Source of the DNA: the human T2T-CHM13v2.0 reference genome, Homo sapiens
Assembly: GCF_009914755.1 (NCBI RefSeq)
Contig: NC_060948.1
Direction: 5' to 3' (one strand)
DNA length: 64,000 bases
The translations under genes and the position numbers were made by a program. The notes beneath the pieces were generated by a model, which saw nothing but the letters and a program-made list of their open reading frames with translations, searched no databases and was not told where the DNA came from. This document shows positions 1-19,092 of the stretch, piece after piece (position 1 is the first letter of the stretch; each line of letters begins with the position of its first letter).

Positions 1-799
1 GTTCACCTTTGCATATTAAGGAGCAATGTGTAATAACATTTATGGCTCTTGCTGTTCCACATGCAGAGAACACGGAAATTAGAGCCGGGCTGTATAAATG
101 TCAAATGTATTTATGGTCATGCATGCATACTGCTGTTTTAAAACAGTAGTCTTAACGGCCACAAATGTTTCATTCATATGCAGGTAGTTGGCAGCCACCT
201 TTTTTCTTGAGCCACAGATTACTTCTGCTATAGAATTCCATCCTACAACACAGATCTACCACCAACAGTTCTATGAAGCCATATGCCCTTCAGAAACACT
301 GCAGTTTTGGTTTTCCCTTCATAATAATGTACATTATCTTAATGTTTCATAAAAATATTTCATTTAAAGGCAGCAAAGTAAGACATCAGGAAAAAAAGAT
401 GCAACTAACATGTAACTAAACGAGACCCTAAGCCCCAGAATTAAAATATGGTTTTCTGCTGTACTAGCAGCATGAGATCTCTTCACCATAAAATCTCCAA
501 GCTCACAAGAAGGGAAGAGGGTGGAATATATATATATGTATTGACTCATTCCAAAGCATTCTTAAAGACCTTAAAACCAGAAAACAATGAAATTAACATG
601 TCAGCTTTCCCTTCCACTTCTAGGAAGTCTTGTCTGACTGGCTTACCCTCACAGCCCTCCCTCACATATGCTTTAGAGTATAAACACGTATCTTTTCAAA
701 TTAATAGTTCTATTAGTATTTTTTTTCAGATTTGACTCATTCCAAAATTTATTGCATTTTAATGCAAACTAAGCATGCATATTATTGGTTTGGTTATAA

Positions 800-1103
<304 letters not shown>

Positions 1104-1135
1104 AGTATAATGCAGTCTTGAGATAATCTGATAAA

Positions 1136-1469
1136 TTATTTATTTATTTTTAATTTTAATTTTTTAATTAATTTATTTGGTTTTTTTTGAGACAGGGTCT
1201 CTCTGTTGCCCAGGCTGGAGTGCTGTGGTGCCATCATGGGTCACTGCAGCCTCCACATCCCAGGCTCAAGCAATTTTTCCCACCTCAGCCTCCTGAGTAG
1301 CTGGGACTACAGGGATGCACCACCACATCCAGCTAATTTTTTTAATTTTTGGCAGAGATGAGGTCTCATTATGTTGCCCATACTGGTCTCCAACTCCTGG
1401 GCTCAAGTGATCCTCCCACTTGGCCTCCCAAAGTGCTGGGATTGCAGGTGTGAGCCACCACACCTAGCC
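1136..1469 (-). mobile_element. AluJ
   Basis: Diverged dimer with J-type gacagggtct/cactgcagcctc/gctcaag motifs and a degenerate T-rich tail. Confidence 0.9.
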
Positions 1470-2220
1470 ATTGATTAATTACTTAAAAATCAAAGCAATA
1501 TGCTATTACAGAACCAGACCTTATAGGCAACAAATTACCCATGTCACATACTTTTTGAAGTACATTATTGGGTATAGATATTCCACATTAACCAAAAGTA
1601 CTTTATTAGAAAGATAGGAAATTGAAAAAATGGAGATGGAATTTTGGGAGTCCCTAAGCAATTCAATAATTTCTCAAAACAAACTTAACTCATTAGTAAT
1701 AAAACCTATGGTTTTCCATTATTATTTTCATTATTTTATTATTTCTATTATTTCTAAATAAACTAATTTACATAATGCATGTATTCAAGCCAAGCTGAAC
1801 AGCTAGCACATTTCTTACCAAGCAGTGTGTGCTCTTAAATGCATATAGAATAAGACACATTTACGCATTTTCTATTTTTATTTTACACATTTAATTGTTT
1901 ATCTGTGAGGTAAATCACATTTTAATTTTTTGCAAAATTAAACAAGAGGCTTTTACCCAATAGCATTTTGGTCTACCTGTACTTTTTGAGAGAAGAAATA
2001 GCTTTGTAGTCTTGATACATATTGTCAGGTACTTTAACATGATATTTCATAACAGTTTCAAAACACACTGTTAGAATGGAATAAGCTAAAAGGGGGCAGG
2101 AGTGATATGCCATGATATTTTTCATGTAATACAAAGTCATGCCTATACCATCCATCATATGAACTATGTAGTAAAGTTGATGACTTGTAGAATGGAATGG
2201 CACCATTTTCTAACTTTTCT

Positions 2221-2516
2221 TTTATTTTTTTTTTTTGGAGACGGAGTCTCTCTCTGTCACCCCAGTTGGAGTGCAGTGGCGTGATCTTGGCTCACTGCAA
2301 CCTCCGCCTCCTGGGTTCAAGCAGTTCTCTGCCTCAGCCTCCCCAGTATCTGGGATTATAGGCACCTACAACCACGCCTGGCTAATTTTTGTATTTTTAG
2401 TAGAGGTGGGGTTTCACCGTCTTGGCCAGGCTGGTCTTGAACTTCTGACCTCGTGATCCACCCACCTCGGCCTCTGAAAGTGCTGGGATTACAGGCGTGC
2501 GCCACCGCGCCTGGCC
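2221..2516 (-). mobile_element. AluS (Sg-like)
   Basis: Full dimer, gacctcgtgatcc; ~19-20 bp TSD caccattttctaacttttct at 2201-2220 and 2516-2535. Confidence 0.93.
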
Positions 2517-3181
2517 ACCATTTTCTAACTTTTCTAAGATGTGAAGGTAAACAAAGAGATAAGTATGGTGAAAATGCAGATTCAAAATAATTAGAAATTC
2601 ACTTTTGATAAAGTAATTCAAATGCTAATTGTCAAATTCATATTTTACACTTTTGATCATTAGCCTTGTATTTTTATTGTGACATCATAGTGAAAGAGTG
2701 ATGCCTTTTAGATTCATGAAGAAAGCAGACCCATACATGGGTGGAAGCTAATGTCTTGGTGCGGAAAACAGCATGTCTTTCACAAAGCGACAATTACAAC
2801 ATGACTGCAATAGTAGTTGACAATACACCTTATTTGAACATGTTTAGTCTTCTCAGGCATAAATGATTTAGACTGAACAAAATTAATAGCATAGGGTTCT
2901 CCAAAAACACTTATCTATAGTGTATGCACTATGGATTTTGACATGTTTTAATCATAAAGTCTTTTCTACTAATAATAATTATTTTAGAGGTGTGGCAGAT
3001 ATTCATGTAGTGGCTTCCTTTTTCTGGTTTAGGCAATTATTAAATTATCTGACTATGTTTTATTCTCTTAGTAGTATAAGTATGTAGCTGAGATAAACAA
3101 ACATCTATTATTTTTATGAAAATTAATTATGAGTTATGTATTTTTACATTTTAGTAGCATGATCATTCATTTTAATCATAG

Positions 3182-3514
<333 letters not shown>

Positions 3515-3735
3515 TAAAATTGTTTTTAATCCAATCTAAGAATTAGCCCAGTTACTCCCATTGAGTAATTTAGGTATTTGTAAACATATTATGTTGAGTC
3601 ACTAGGGTGTCTTGTGCCATCAGTGCACACTTGTCCTCATCTAATATGTGTGTACTCTGTCACACAATGCTTCTCCTATTTCTTGGACCGTATTAGCAAT
3701 AATTGAATAGTTGAAGCAAAAATTTTTAAATGTAA

Positions 3736-3986
<251 letters not shown>

Positions 3987-4024
3987 AGCGACAGAGCGAG
4001 ACTCCCTTTCAAAGAAAAAAGAAG
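3987..4024 (+). mobile_element. Alu 3'-end fragment in the opposite orientation
   Basis: gcgacagagcgagactcc...tcaaagaaaaaa fused directly to the minus-strand Alu. Confidence 0.8.
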
Positions 4025-4030
4025 CAGTCA

Positions 4031-4346
4031 TTTATGTTTTTTTTGTTTTGTTTTGTTTTGTTTTTTGAAACGGAGTCTCACTCTTGTTGCCGAGGCTGGA
4101 GAGCAGTGGCACGATCTCAGCTAACTGCAACCTCCACCTCCCGGGTTCAAGCTTCTCCTTCCTCAGCTTCCCGAGTAGCTGGGATTACAGGTGTCTGCCA
4201 CCATGCCCGGCTAATTTTTGCATTTTTGGTAGAGATGGGGTTTTGGCATGTTGGCCAGGCTGGTCTCGAACTCCTGACCTCAGGTGATCTGTCCACCTCA
4301 GCCTCCAAAGTGCTGGAATTACAGGTGTGAGTCACTGTGCCCAGCC
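4031..4346 (-). mobile_element. AluS (Sq-like)
   Basis: ctcttgttgcc diagnostic; (gtttt)n tail. Confidence 0.92.
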
Positions 4347-4637
4347 ACAGTCACCTCTTGAAAAACCAAATCCAACCACAACGTTAACCACAACATTATT
4401 CCTATCCCTGAAATAAATATAATGAAACCATTTGGGAAACAACTTTTGAAATTATTGAGCCATGAACTGGTTGGTGTTTTCATGACCAGTTTCTAAATGG
4501 CTTCTATGATAAGTCTTTAGTTCATAATGTGTGTTTCTTTCTGTCATACTTAACATGCCTATTATATTTATGAAACTTACTAGAAATTCCTCTACAAAGA
4601 AAAGAAAAAAATAAAAGAATCGATGGATGTCACATTA

Positions 4638-5094
<457 letters not shown>

Positions 5095-6328
5095 CTATGC
5101 TTTAACTACGGCAACTATGGTTTCTGGAGCATGAACACTGTCCTGTATCACATTTTGGGGAAAGTTTATTCCTTACCTGAAATTCCTGTCCCAATCCTCA
5201 CCCACTACATGTTGGCCTATGTAAACTTCTTCTGTAATGCCAACCAATTTTCTCTACCAAGTTGTCTTTGATTTTCTCTGCCTAGATAAATACTACTTTC
5301 CTTCTGTAACTCACCACAGCATGTTCTTATTACTACTCGGTTCATCACAATCTAGTGATTTTTGTATATATTAGAAGACTGTAAGTTTCTTGTGGGCAGT
5401 AACCATACAATTTATCATTGTCACACCACCTACTCAACCTGTAAGTGTCGTTTCTCAGAGGTCAGTACTAGGCCACCATCTACTTTTTTTCTAAGACCTT
5501 TCTCTTGATGGTATCATATCCTATGGTATTAAATACCATTTCTATGCATATGACTCTCCTTTTTCTCCAAACTTGTGTCTCTAACTGCCTACGCTGACAT
5601 AAGTCACAGGCATCTTAAATTTTAATAGCTTTTCTGCTGCACCAAACCTAGTTCCTTCTTCATCATCTCTATTTCATTAAATGGTACTAATACTGGCCCA
5701 GTTTCTCTCCTTATTTCTTCTACTCCAACCTAGATTCAGTCCCTCACCAGACTCTATTTATTCTGCCTCCAAACTCTGTCATACTCATCAACTTCTCTCC
5801 ATCTTTACTGATATCACACTAAATCAGGCCGTTGGCCATCCACCACACACTCTTGTATCAGTATCCTAGAGTCTCGCAAACTTTCATTCTCACATCTCAT
5901 CAATCACATTCTTCTCAGAATAGACAGAATGATATTCAAAACCTAAATAATAATGTCTTCCCAATCCATTTAGAATAAAACTCAAATCTTTACAATGACC
6001 TACAATATCCTGCCTGATTTGACTCTTTTCTATGTCATTCCACTTTCCTCCTTGCTTACTATATATTCCAGGCACACTGGTCTCCATTTTTAATTTTTAT
6101 CAAATAAGGGAAGTGCTGTCCTGCCTCTGTGTCTTTGCCCTTGCTCTGTTTTCTGCCTAGGACACTGCCACACCCACCATACTTCTCATACTTCAAGTTG
6201 CAGCTTAAAAGTCATTTCCTTAGAGATGCTGTGTATAACACTACTATCTATTAAGTCAGTTCTGTTGTGCTACCTTATTCTTCTTTTCCTCTATTTTATG
6301 TGTCACATATTATAATTAAGATATACTT

Positions 6329-6970
<642 letters not shown>

Positions 6971-7755
6971 ATTTATTTATGCATTTGTTTGTTTGTTGCT
7001 TATCTTTCCTACTAAATTGTGAGCTCCATGTGGGTTAGGGAACATGTCTGTCTCGCTCATCACTGTATTTCTACTGCCTAAGGAATGTCTGGCACATAGT
7101 ATGAACTCAACATGTGTTGCATGAATGGATGAATAGATTTAAATTTTATGCACATACTGTTTCATCGTGCTTTCTGATTGAAAGAATAACAAATGCAATT
7201 TAATATTGAATTATTAGAAAATAATAGTATAGGAGAGGCAGGCAACATTTAGTTCTATAATCCATTAAGGAAAGTTCCAATCAAATATGAAAATATATTA
7301 ACATGATAATGCTTATAAATATAGTATCTTCAACATTAGTGATATTATGTCCTTTTAGTCAAAACAGTGGCATTAAAAAATTACAATGGTAATGCATGCA
7401 ATAAAGTTATTCATATTGATTATATGTATTTTAAATTCCTATAAAGGTCTCAAAAATTTGACATTGCCGCAGGCATAGTCTTCCATATCCAAACACAAAT
7501 GGGAGAGTTTTGTTTGTCATTGTTACACAAGGTCTAACTAAAAGTAATGAGACTGGTTTTGATGACTTAGTTTTGATGACTTAGTTATTATCTGTCTCAT
7601 TGCTTCATAGGTACATTATGTAACAGTAGACAATAGTAATTATTGTGAGTTCCTTATATGGAACTTTCTTGAAGTGAACTAAATTATTTTTGACCTCATG
7701 ATAAATGTTTGCCCTTTTAAGGATGTTACTAATATTTATAGGACATTTGCTAGAC

Positions 7756-7943
7756 TTTTTTTGTTTGTTTGTTTTTGTTTTTTATTTTTTTATTTTACTT
7801 TAAGTTCTAGGGTACATGTGCACAATGTACAGGTTTGTTACATATGTATACACGTGCCATGTTGGTGTGCTGCACTCGTTAACTCGTCATTTACATTAGG
7901 TATATCTCCTAATGCTATTCCTCCCCCCTCCCTCCACCCCCCT
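7756..7943 (-). mobile_element. Extremely 5'-truncated L1PA (3' UTR only)
   Basis: tactttaagttctagggtacatgtgcac... L1PA 3' end; TSD acatttgctag(a/t)ct at 7743-7756 and 7944-7957. Confidence 0.92.
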
Positions 7944-7961
7944 ACATTTGCTAGTCTTTTA

Positions 7962-8289
<328 letters not shown>

Positions 8290-8461
8290 TTATAAACTGT
8301 GTTTTCTGATTAGTTCAAGACAGCACCAAAGTAATCCTTAACAATTGAAGAGGAATTGTTGCTTTCTAAGCACATATGCATTTATGTTCTCCTACTGTTT
8401 AATACATCATGACAGTCACAAATGTTTTAATTAAACATTGAAAATATAAAAATGTTCTCTC

Positions 8462-8790
<329 letters not shown>

Positions 8791-8844
8791 AAAATCTCTT
8801 TTTTGATTTTAAATAAATTTTTTACCAGATTGAAGATATGTGGG

Positions 8845-8846
<2 letters not shown>

Positions 8847-8883
<37 letters not shown>

Positions 8884-8888
8884 TGTGT
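8847..8888. repeat. (GT)n microsatellite
   Basis: About 17 perfect GT units. Confidence 0.95.
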
Positions 8889-9618
8889 ATTAGATTGGGT
8901 TTTGAGGGGAAAAAATTTAAAGTATGGGAGAATCTAATTTTAAAAATAATATAATTGATGTTCTCAGAGGAATATGTATTTCTTACCTTTGTTTGAAATA
9001 TGTTAAAAAAAAAGTTTCATTGCCAATGATGTCAGTATTTCACCAATGGAAGCTGATTTTTGTTGCCTAAAAGCATGATTTTTATTAAATTCACTGTTTG
9101 ATTCAGTTGTAATTCAAGACAAGTCTTTCCTTTTTCATTTTAATCTTTCTTAATGAGCATATCTAGTGCAGAAATGTTCATAAGTGTTTGAAAACTCATC
9201 CTATGTAAATAATGAAAATGATTTTAGGATAGTATGAAAAGGAGAGATATATGAATCTAATTATTACTACTAGTAAACATATATGTTTTATCTAGTGTAT
9301 TTATTGCCAAGCCCCTATGTATATTGTTAAAATGTATAGTTATTAAATTATATGTTATAAATATTAATAGGTGCTGTAATATGCCATGTCATTTATTGGT
9401 GTTTTCATTTTCCTCTAATATAGATGTTAATAATGAGTGCTTTCCGTACCAGCCAAAAATTTGAATACCCCAATTCCTGGATTCATTTGCTTTATTCCCT
9501 CCACTGTTAAATTAGATTGATTATAGTATTTGGTTATAATTATGCTGAAATTGTATTTTGAGAATTGAAACAGCAGTCTTAAATCCTTTTTGAAATTTGT
9601 CAGGGTTTAAATAAATAA

Positions 9619-9968
<350 letters not shown>

Positions 9969-10548
9969 TTACCCTTCCCCCTTTCTAAGAGTCAAATAAC
10001 TCTACCCAAACCTAAAATATCAATTTAATGCAAAGCTATTGGTTTTATGTTACTGTTATGGTGATTATTGAATAAGTTAGACTATGGTTGAAGTGGGGAG
10101 CTAGTTATTACAAAACAGTAAATAGCCAAAAGAGTAATTTTGTCTCAGAAGCAGACATTTTGGTTAGAATTAGCTTGATTCTCTATTTGGTATGTGAAGA
10201 TTTGTAATTATATGTGTAAAATTTCTATTATTTTAATTCTTTCACCAATGGATGCAAGTAAGGTGCTACAGTTAATTATAATGAATGTGGAAGCAATTTG
10301 AAATACTAGTAAATGCTTTACAAACGTAAAACAGTCTTCTGATGGGAGTATGCACTAAGTGGTATTTACTGAAAGAGAAAATAAATCATTGATCTTACAT
10401 CTCTACACTCACTCTCCTTGGATTTCAGTCAGTATGGAATACACCTGCTGAAAAATAATGTTCTAGGAATTGTGCCTTGGACAGAAAAGAAAGACACAAA
10501 TAACTAAAAAAAAAATAGGACTCTTGCCTGCAATCTCTCAGCATTAGC

Positions 10549-10850
<302 letters not shown>

Positions 10851-11235
10851 TCAGCATTAGTTTTATAAGATGATTCCTGTTTAATCAGAAAATAATTTTT
10901 TACAAATTAAAAAAATAAATGAACAAAAGGCAGATTATGTGTCAAAATTGATTCATTTCACATTTTCTATTACAATAATTTCGTATTAATAGAAGAGGTT
11001 TTCTCAGGTGATATAATTAATATTATAGCAGCATAATGTTCTGGACATACCTAGGAATGCAAACATATACAGGACATTATAATTATTATAATTTTCATTG
11101 TTGAAATGGATGTTTGCCATATATATCAAGAAAATAAATAAATAAATAACAATTAAGAATTCTTATTTTTATTCAGTTTTCACCTGGAAATGAATACCAT
11201 AAATAGTGTATATTTCTAATTAATTTCCTTAACAT

Positions 11236-12065
<830 letters not shown>

Positions 12066-12112
12066 ACATCATTCTGTGAGATAGTTTGTACTTTTCGTGA
12101 GTAAATGGCTTA

Positions 12113-12154
12113 TACGCGCACACACACACGCACACGCACACGCACACATACACA
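12113..12154. repeat. (CA)n/(CG) compound microsatellite
   Basis: acgcgcacacacacacgcacacgcac... Confidence 0.85.
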
Positions 12155-12518
12155 TTTCCAAATTTAGGATCTGATTTTTCTTATTGTAATATAAATCCCT
12201 ATATATGTATGTTTAAAATATCTGCAATATATGCACATATAAAATACATGTAATATATGCACATATGTAACATCAGGACAATCAGAACAACATTTTTAAT
12301 ATTGGTAATCTATTATTCATTAAACAAAAATTTGGCACATATTGACAAAATTCTTGCTTTCTGTTATTATTGTAAAGTATTTCACTTATTTACTCCTATA
12401 TTTTCATTTCTTACAAAAATTCCTTGACTAGCCATCTAGTCTAACTATGTTTTAGCATGTTTCTACTAGATCAGTAGAAAAACTGCTAGCAGTTTACATC
12501 TTTAAAAAAAATTTATTA

Positions 12519-12871
<353 letters not shown>

Positions 12872-14141
12872 TTAAATTTTTCTTGGGATACTTAATTTTA
12901 TATCTGTATCACATTAATTGCAATTACAAGCACATTGCTTTGTGATAAGAATATATAATTTTATGTTAATGGAACCCATTTTATATGATTATTGTTTGAT
13001 ATACTCGACATTCTTTTTATGGTACAGTAGGTACAATGACCTAGAAAGAATATTAACTCATTTTTTGCACAGATACCCTGCTACTACTTGAAAAGAATAT
13101 CCATGGAAATATGTAAAAAAAAAAAACCCATATACACCTTCTCATTTTAGGTGTTTGTTGGAATGCAACTTCCTGAGAAAATTTCAGTTATGGGTACAAA
13201 ACACATTACCACTTAACAGGATGCCCTCATAATATTAAAGACAATATACTCTGAATCATGATATACACTTGAATGTACATTACTGAATTATTGCCTGAAC
13301 AAGATGGATTTCTAATGTCTTAGATTCCATTTAAAAAATGAATAGTTTTATTCTATTAACTGTGATTGATATTTACTTAGCTTAAAGATATGTACAGTGT
13401 TGATTTTACCTTTCAAAGTCCTAAAGTGAGGACATTTTTTATGGGTTTGAATTTTTATGGATTTGAATTTTAAATCAAGAGATAGAAAAAGAAAATAAAT
13501 GTTAAGGAGGATTTACTTACGTGAAACACAGCAAGAGTTATAAACTTTCCCTTGAGTCAGGTGAGGAAATAACTTAATTTTGTTCCCGGACCAAACTGAG
13601 GGTCGGGCTGCTATTTCTCGCAGCCCAATAAGGGGATGCAGATGAATTGGGAAGGAAGAGAGTTTTATTTCTGCAACCAGTTACAGGGAGAAGGCGTGGA
13701 ATTTATCTCCACACCAACTCAAAATTACAAAGTTTTCCAGAGCTTATATACCTTCTAAGCTATATGTCTACATGTAAGTGTGCATCCATTTAAAGACATA
13801 AGTGATTAACTTCTTTTGATCTATGAGTAAGGTCTGAGTCCTGAAGATCTTCCTCTAGAGCCTCAGTACATTTACTTAATCCAAATGGGTCCAGGTGCTA
13901 GGGTAATTACCCTTATCTTGTCTCCTGCTAAATCACGGAGGTTTGGGGAGTTCCTGGAGGCCTGGGGAGTTTCTTCAGACCCCCAATAAAATCCTAAATG
14001 GGCCTTGTTAAGAATTCCTTTGTTATTTTGTCATGTTTTAAGGCCTAGGAAAGGCCTAGGCAAAACTCTTGGTGGGCTTTTGTTACATTCCAGACTTTGT
14101 ATAAGGGCACTGGCTTTTTTAGCTTTTAATATTTAACTTGT

Positions 14142-14846
<705 letters not shown>

Positions 14847-15459
14847 TTAGTCAGTACTGAAACAGCTGTTATGGAAGCCTGCGTTATTGAGACCTGGCCT
14901 GCCACAGTATCACATGAGATAATTTTTCTTTAATTTTCAGCATCATTCACAGTTTGTTCTAATCTAAATAATTAACAGAAAAATAAACTCCATTGGATTA
15001 ACAAGAATTCAAATCCTTTTCAATTAATAATTTTAAATTCTGACATTTCGTAATATTTAAAAATGCCATCAAGGAAGTACATGTTTAGAAGGAAAACAAC
15101 ACAAAATTCAATATTCATGACTAGTCTTTTTAAGAGGTTCTTAAATGGAAAACTGCATTTTAAAATTTTAAATTTCATGTAAAATAATTTTATAATTAAT
15201 GACATTGCACATTCGTTTATATATGAAGAGAATATAATCACATCAAGTAGATTTTAGACTTTAAAAATGTGGTAATTAGCTTACAAAAATGTCTAATGCC
15301 ATTATGCTAACTAGTTCTGACATCCTTTATGAATCGTGAACGATAATTTATATTTTGCTATTATCAAGTCTGAATGCTTTGTTCACATTAGCCTGGATAA
15401 AAATTCAGGTACTTTTAGGAAATTATTTTGAAACTTTTCACAGATACCTGGAATCATAA

Positions 15460-15784
<325 letters not shown>

Positions 15785-15909
15785 AAATGTTTTATTGTTT
15801 ATGAGAAACCACATATCTTAGAATACAAGGACAATACAAATGGACTGTGCATAGAGAGGGACAGACTATTTCAAGAGGGAAAAAATACACATGTATTCTG
15901 GAAATGGAT

Positions 15910-16535
15910 TGTAAACCAAAAAGTATCTGAGACAGGTCTCAATCAACTTAGAAAGTTTATCTTGCCAAGGTTAAGGATGCACCCATGACATAGCCTCAGG
16001 AGGTCCTATGCCATGTGCCCAAAGTGGTAGGGGTACCGCTTGGTTTTATACATTTTAGGGAGACATGAGCCTTCTATCAATATATGTAAGATGTACATTG
16101 GATCAGTCTGGAAAGGTGGGACAACTTGAAGTGGGGAGGGGACTTTCAGGTCATAGGTAGATAAGAGACAAACAATTGCATTCTTTTGAGTTTCTGATTA
16201 GCGTTTCACGGAATGCACAATTTACAGGAATAATCATTTATGCCTAAGTCTAGGTTAGTGAAACAATAGGGTAAAGGAAGCAATCAGATATGCATTTGTC
16301 TCACATGAGCAGAGGGATGACTTTGAGTTCTGCCTGTCCTTTGTCCACAAGGAATTTCCTTGTGGGCAAATTGTGAGGGAGGTATGTCGTTTTTTGGTTT
16401 GTTTGTTTTTTTAATTTTTGTAACTATCATATTTAGGAATAGGATGGGAGGCAGGTTTGCCTGATGCAGTTCCCAGCTTGACATTTCTTTTTAGCTTAGG
16501 GATTTTGGGGTCCCAAGATTTCTTTTCCTTTCACA
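15910..16535 (-). mobile_element. ERV1 solo LTR (MER4A-group)
   Basis: Minus strand begins tgtgaaaggaaaagaaatcttgggaccccaaaatc; TG...CA termini. Confidence 0.85.
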
Positions 16536-16645
16536 GAAAGATGTTTTCTTCTTAATGAAACTAATTACTTTGACAATATGTTTTACAAAACAAGCAAAAA
16601 AAAAAAAAAAAAAAAAGATGAGAGTATGTTTCATTGCCAGGAATG

Positions 16646-17169
16646 TGTTACCGAAAAGGCGTCTCGATCCAGACCTCAAAAGAGGGTTCTTGGATCTTGT
16701 GCAAGAAAAAATTTGGGGTGAGTCCATAGAGTAAAGTGAAAGCACGTTTATTAGGAGAGTAAAGGAATACAAAAATGGCTACTCCATGGACATTTTTATG
16801 GTAATTTCTTGATTATATGCTAAACAAATGGTGGGTTATTCATGTGTCCTCTTTTTCGAGCATATAGGGTCACTTCCTGATGTTACCACGTATTTGTTAA
16901 CTGTCATGGCACTGGGGGGAATATAGCAGTGAGGACAACCAGAGGTCACTCTTGTTGCCATCTTGGTTTTGGTGGGTTTTAGCTGACTTCTTTACTGCAG
17001 CCTGCTTTATCAGCAAGGTCTTTATGACCTGTATTTTGTGCCCACTTCCTATCTCATCCTGTGTCTTAGAATGCCTTAACCGTCTGGGAATGCAGCCCAG
17101 TAGGACTCAGTCTCATTTTACCCAGCCCCTATTCAAGATGGAGTTGCTCAGGTTCAAATGCCTCTGACA
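16646..17169 (-). mobile_element. ERV1 solo LTR (MER41A-like)
   Basis: Minus strand begins tgtcagaggcatttgaacctgagcaactccatcttgaatagg; lacks the MER41B tandem GAS block. Confidence 0.87.
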
Positions 17170-17871
17170 ACAGGAAGGACTATTTCTAGATATTACAAAT
17201 AAATATATATATTTGGAAATAAAAATAAGGTCCTAGAGAGAGAGTGTTTTCATTGTATTAAAAATGGTAGTCTGTTGGATTTTAGTTCCCCATTTTACTA
17301 TGAACTAATGAAACAGCAGCTTTAATGCATTTTATAGTGGAATCATGTTATTCGTCTTCTCTGAGTTCAGAGTTTTTTATCCTACCTTCTGTTCCTCTCT
17401 TCAGTATCTCTTAACTAAAAGGGCAAGTAGCATCATTCATTGTCTCATCACATCCATTTTGTCACAATGATAGTGTAATAAAGTCCATTATTTCTAAGAA
17501 ATGAATATCCCATCCAGGAATGAATAATTTCTTCAAGTATAGTAACAGCACTCTTTATTGTATAGGCCATGATGATTTTGTACAGTAAAAGATTCTATGT
17601 GGTAGGCATGATTTCTTTTTTTGGTGAGAGGAAGGAAGGTACTACATTTCATTAATATTCTGTTTTATTATTCTAATAGGAGTGATAAAATATGTCCCTC
17701 AAGTGCTGGTGCAAGAATAGGGTTTATGTTTCATTATAAATATTATTGTGAACACTGCCCAAGGAAATTATTATATGTCTTCTTGGAGAGAGTATAATAT
17801 GCTAATAAAAATCAAGCTGTACAGTACCCTGTAGCTCTGACTTTAGTCCTGTGATCATTATGTACATAGAA

Positions 17872-17872
17872 G

Positions 17873-17911
<39 letters not shown>
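17872..17911. repeat. (TG)n microsatellite
   Basis: Direct observation. Confidence 0.95.
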
Positions 17912-17914
<3 letters not shown>

Positions 17915-18304
17915 GTGGAATACATGAAGTCAATTGGAGGATCTGCCCTTTGTGTATAATTGGAATGAAAATTATTATCTTGGTGAAGAAAATCTGAGCT
18001 GCCAATCTTCGATAATGAGAAAGTAATAGCAGAGTCGAGAACACACATACTGTAATTTAAAGATGACATATGCAAAAAAAATGTCATTATCTCTAAACAA
18101 AAATATTTGGGAGAGAGTGATAGATTGCTCACTTGTAATTATTCAGTCAATAATTGGTTTTCATTTGCAAATTACAAGCACATGGCAAGAAAGTCTTATG
18201 TGTTCAAATTAAGACACTGGAATACTAATTAGTCCCATATTAGCTGTTAAGCACTATTCATTAGCAAAGCAAAGAAATAAAAGTCAAACATCTTGTTGAA
18301 ATTG

Positions 18305-18990
18305 TAGGTGACTTCTGAGCAAAGATTTGAAAGACTTGAGGGAGTAATCATGTGGCTATTTGGGGGAAGCTTATTCCAAACAGAAGGAACAAAAATACAA
18401 AGGCACTAGATGTACGTGTGACGTAGACAGCAAGAATACCAGAATCTCTGGAGCCCGAGGAACAAAGGGAAGAGGAATAGGAGATAAGGTCAGAGAGACA
18501 ACAGGGGATCAGATCTTGTAGAGTAGGAGTCAGCAAACTGCACTTATTTTTAGATACCTCAGGAGATAAGAATAATTTTTACATGTATTAAATGGTTAAA
18601 AAATAAGCCCAAGAAAAATGTTACTTCACATGTGAAAATCTTGTTGAATTCAAATTTTAGTTCCATAAATAAAGGTTTATTGGAATCCAGCCATGCTCAT
18701 TCTTTTTCATACTGCCTGTGGCTGCTTTCATCCCACAGGGGTATAACTGAGTTGTTGCAAAAGACATGATGGGGCCCCATGAAGCCTGAAATATTTGCTA
18801 TCTGTTCAATTACAGAAACTGCCTACTGACCCCTGTTGTAGATAGAGCCTTGCAGGGCATTTTAAGAGCTTTAACTTTTAATCAGTGTGACGGGAAACCC
18901 TTTGGTAGGTGCTGAGCAGAGGAATTACATGAGCTAGTTTTCTCTTTAAACAGGATCACTTTATCTACTATCTGCTATGATAATAAATTT
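18305..18990 (-). mobile_element. L2 fragment interrupted by MER58
   Basis: gagataaggtcagagag...cagatcttgtag|agccttgcaggg matches reverse-complement L2. Confidence 0.7.
18524..18835 (+). mobile_element. hAT-Charlie MITE (MER58B-like)
   Basis: TIR-like ends taggagtcagcaaac / ctgacccctg; 8-bp TSD ttgtaga(g/t). Confidence 0.8.
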
Positions 18991-19092
18991 GGGAAGGGGT
19001 AGGAAGTGGATATTTTCATTTTCCCTAAAAATTTTTACCTTCACAATAATAAATCAAATCTAATAGGCCTGCAGGTTTTCTCTACTCGTCAT

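Noticed and set aside
1977-2068. Possible minus-strand coding exon (..FETVMKYHVKVPDNMYQDYKAISSLKKY)
   Set aside because: The acceptor is plausible but the donor (AG|GTAGAC) is weak, I recognise no homology, and there are no partner exons.
7556-7586. 14-bp tandem duplication gttttgatgactta (similar ones near 25829, 41950 and 62654)
   Set aside because: Ordinary slippage microduplications.
16646-17169. MER41 as an interferon-gamma/STAT1 enhancer
   Set aside because: This copy joins ...aaaaagaggacacatgaataa directly and lacks the tandem GAS-motif segment of MER41B, so it is MER41A-like.
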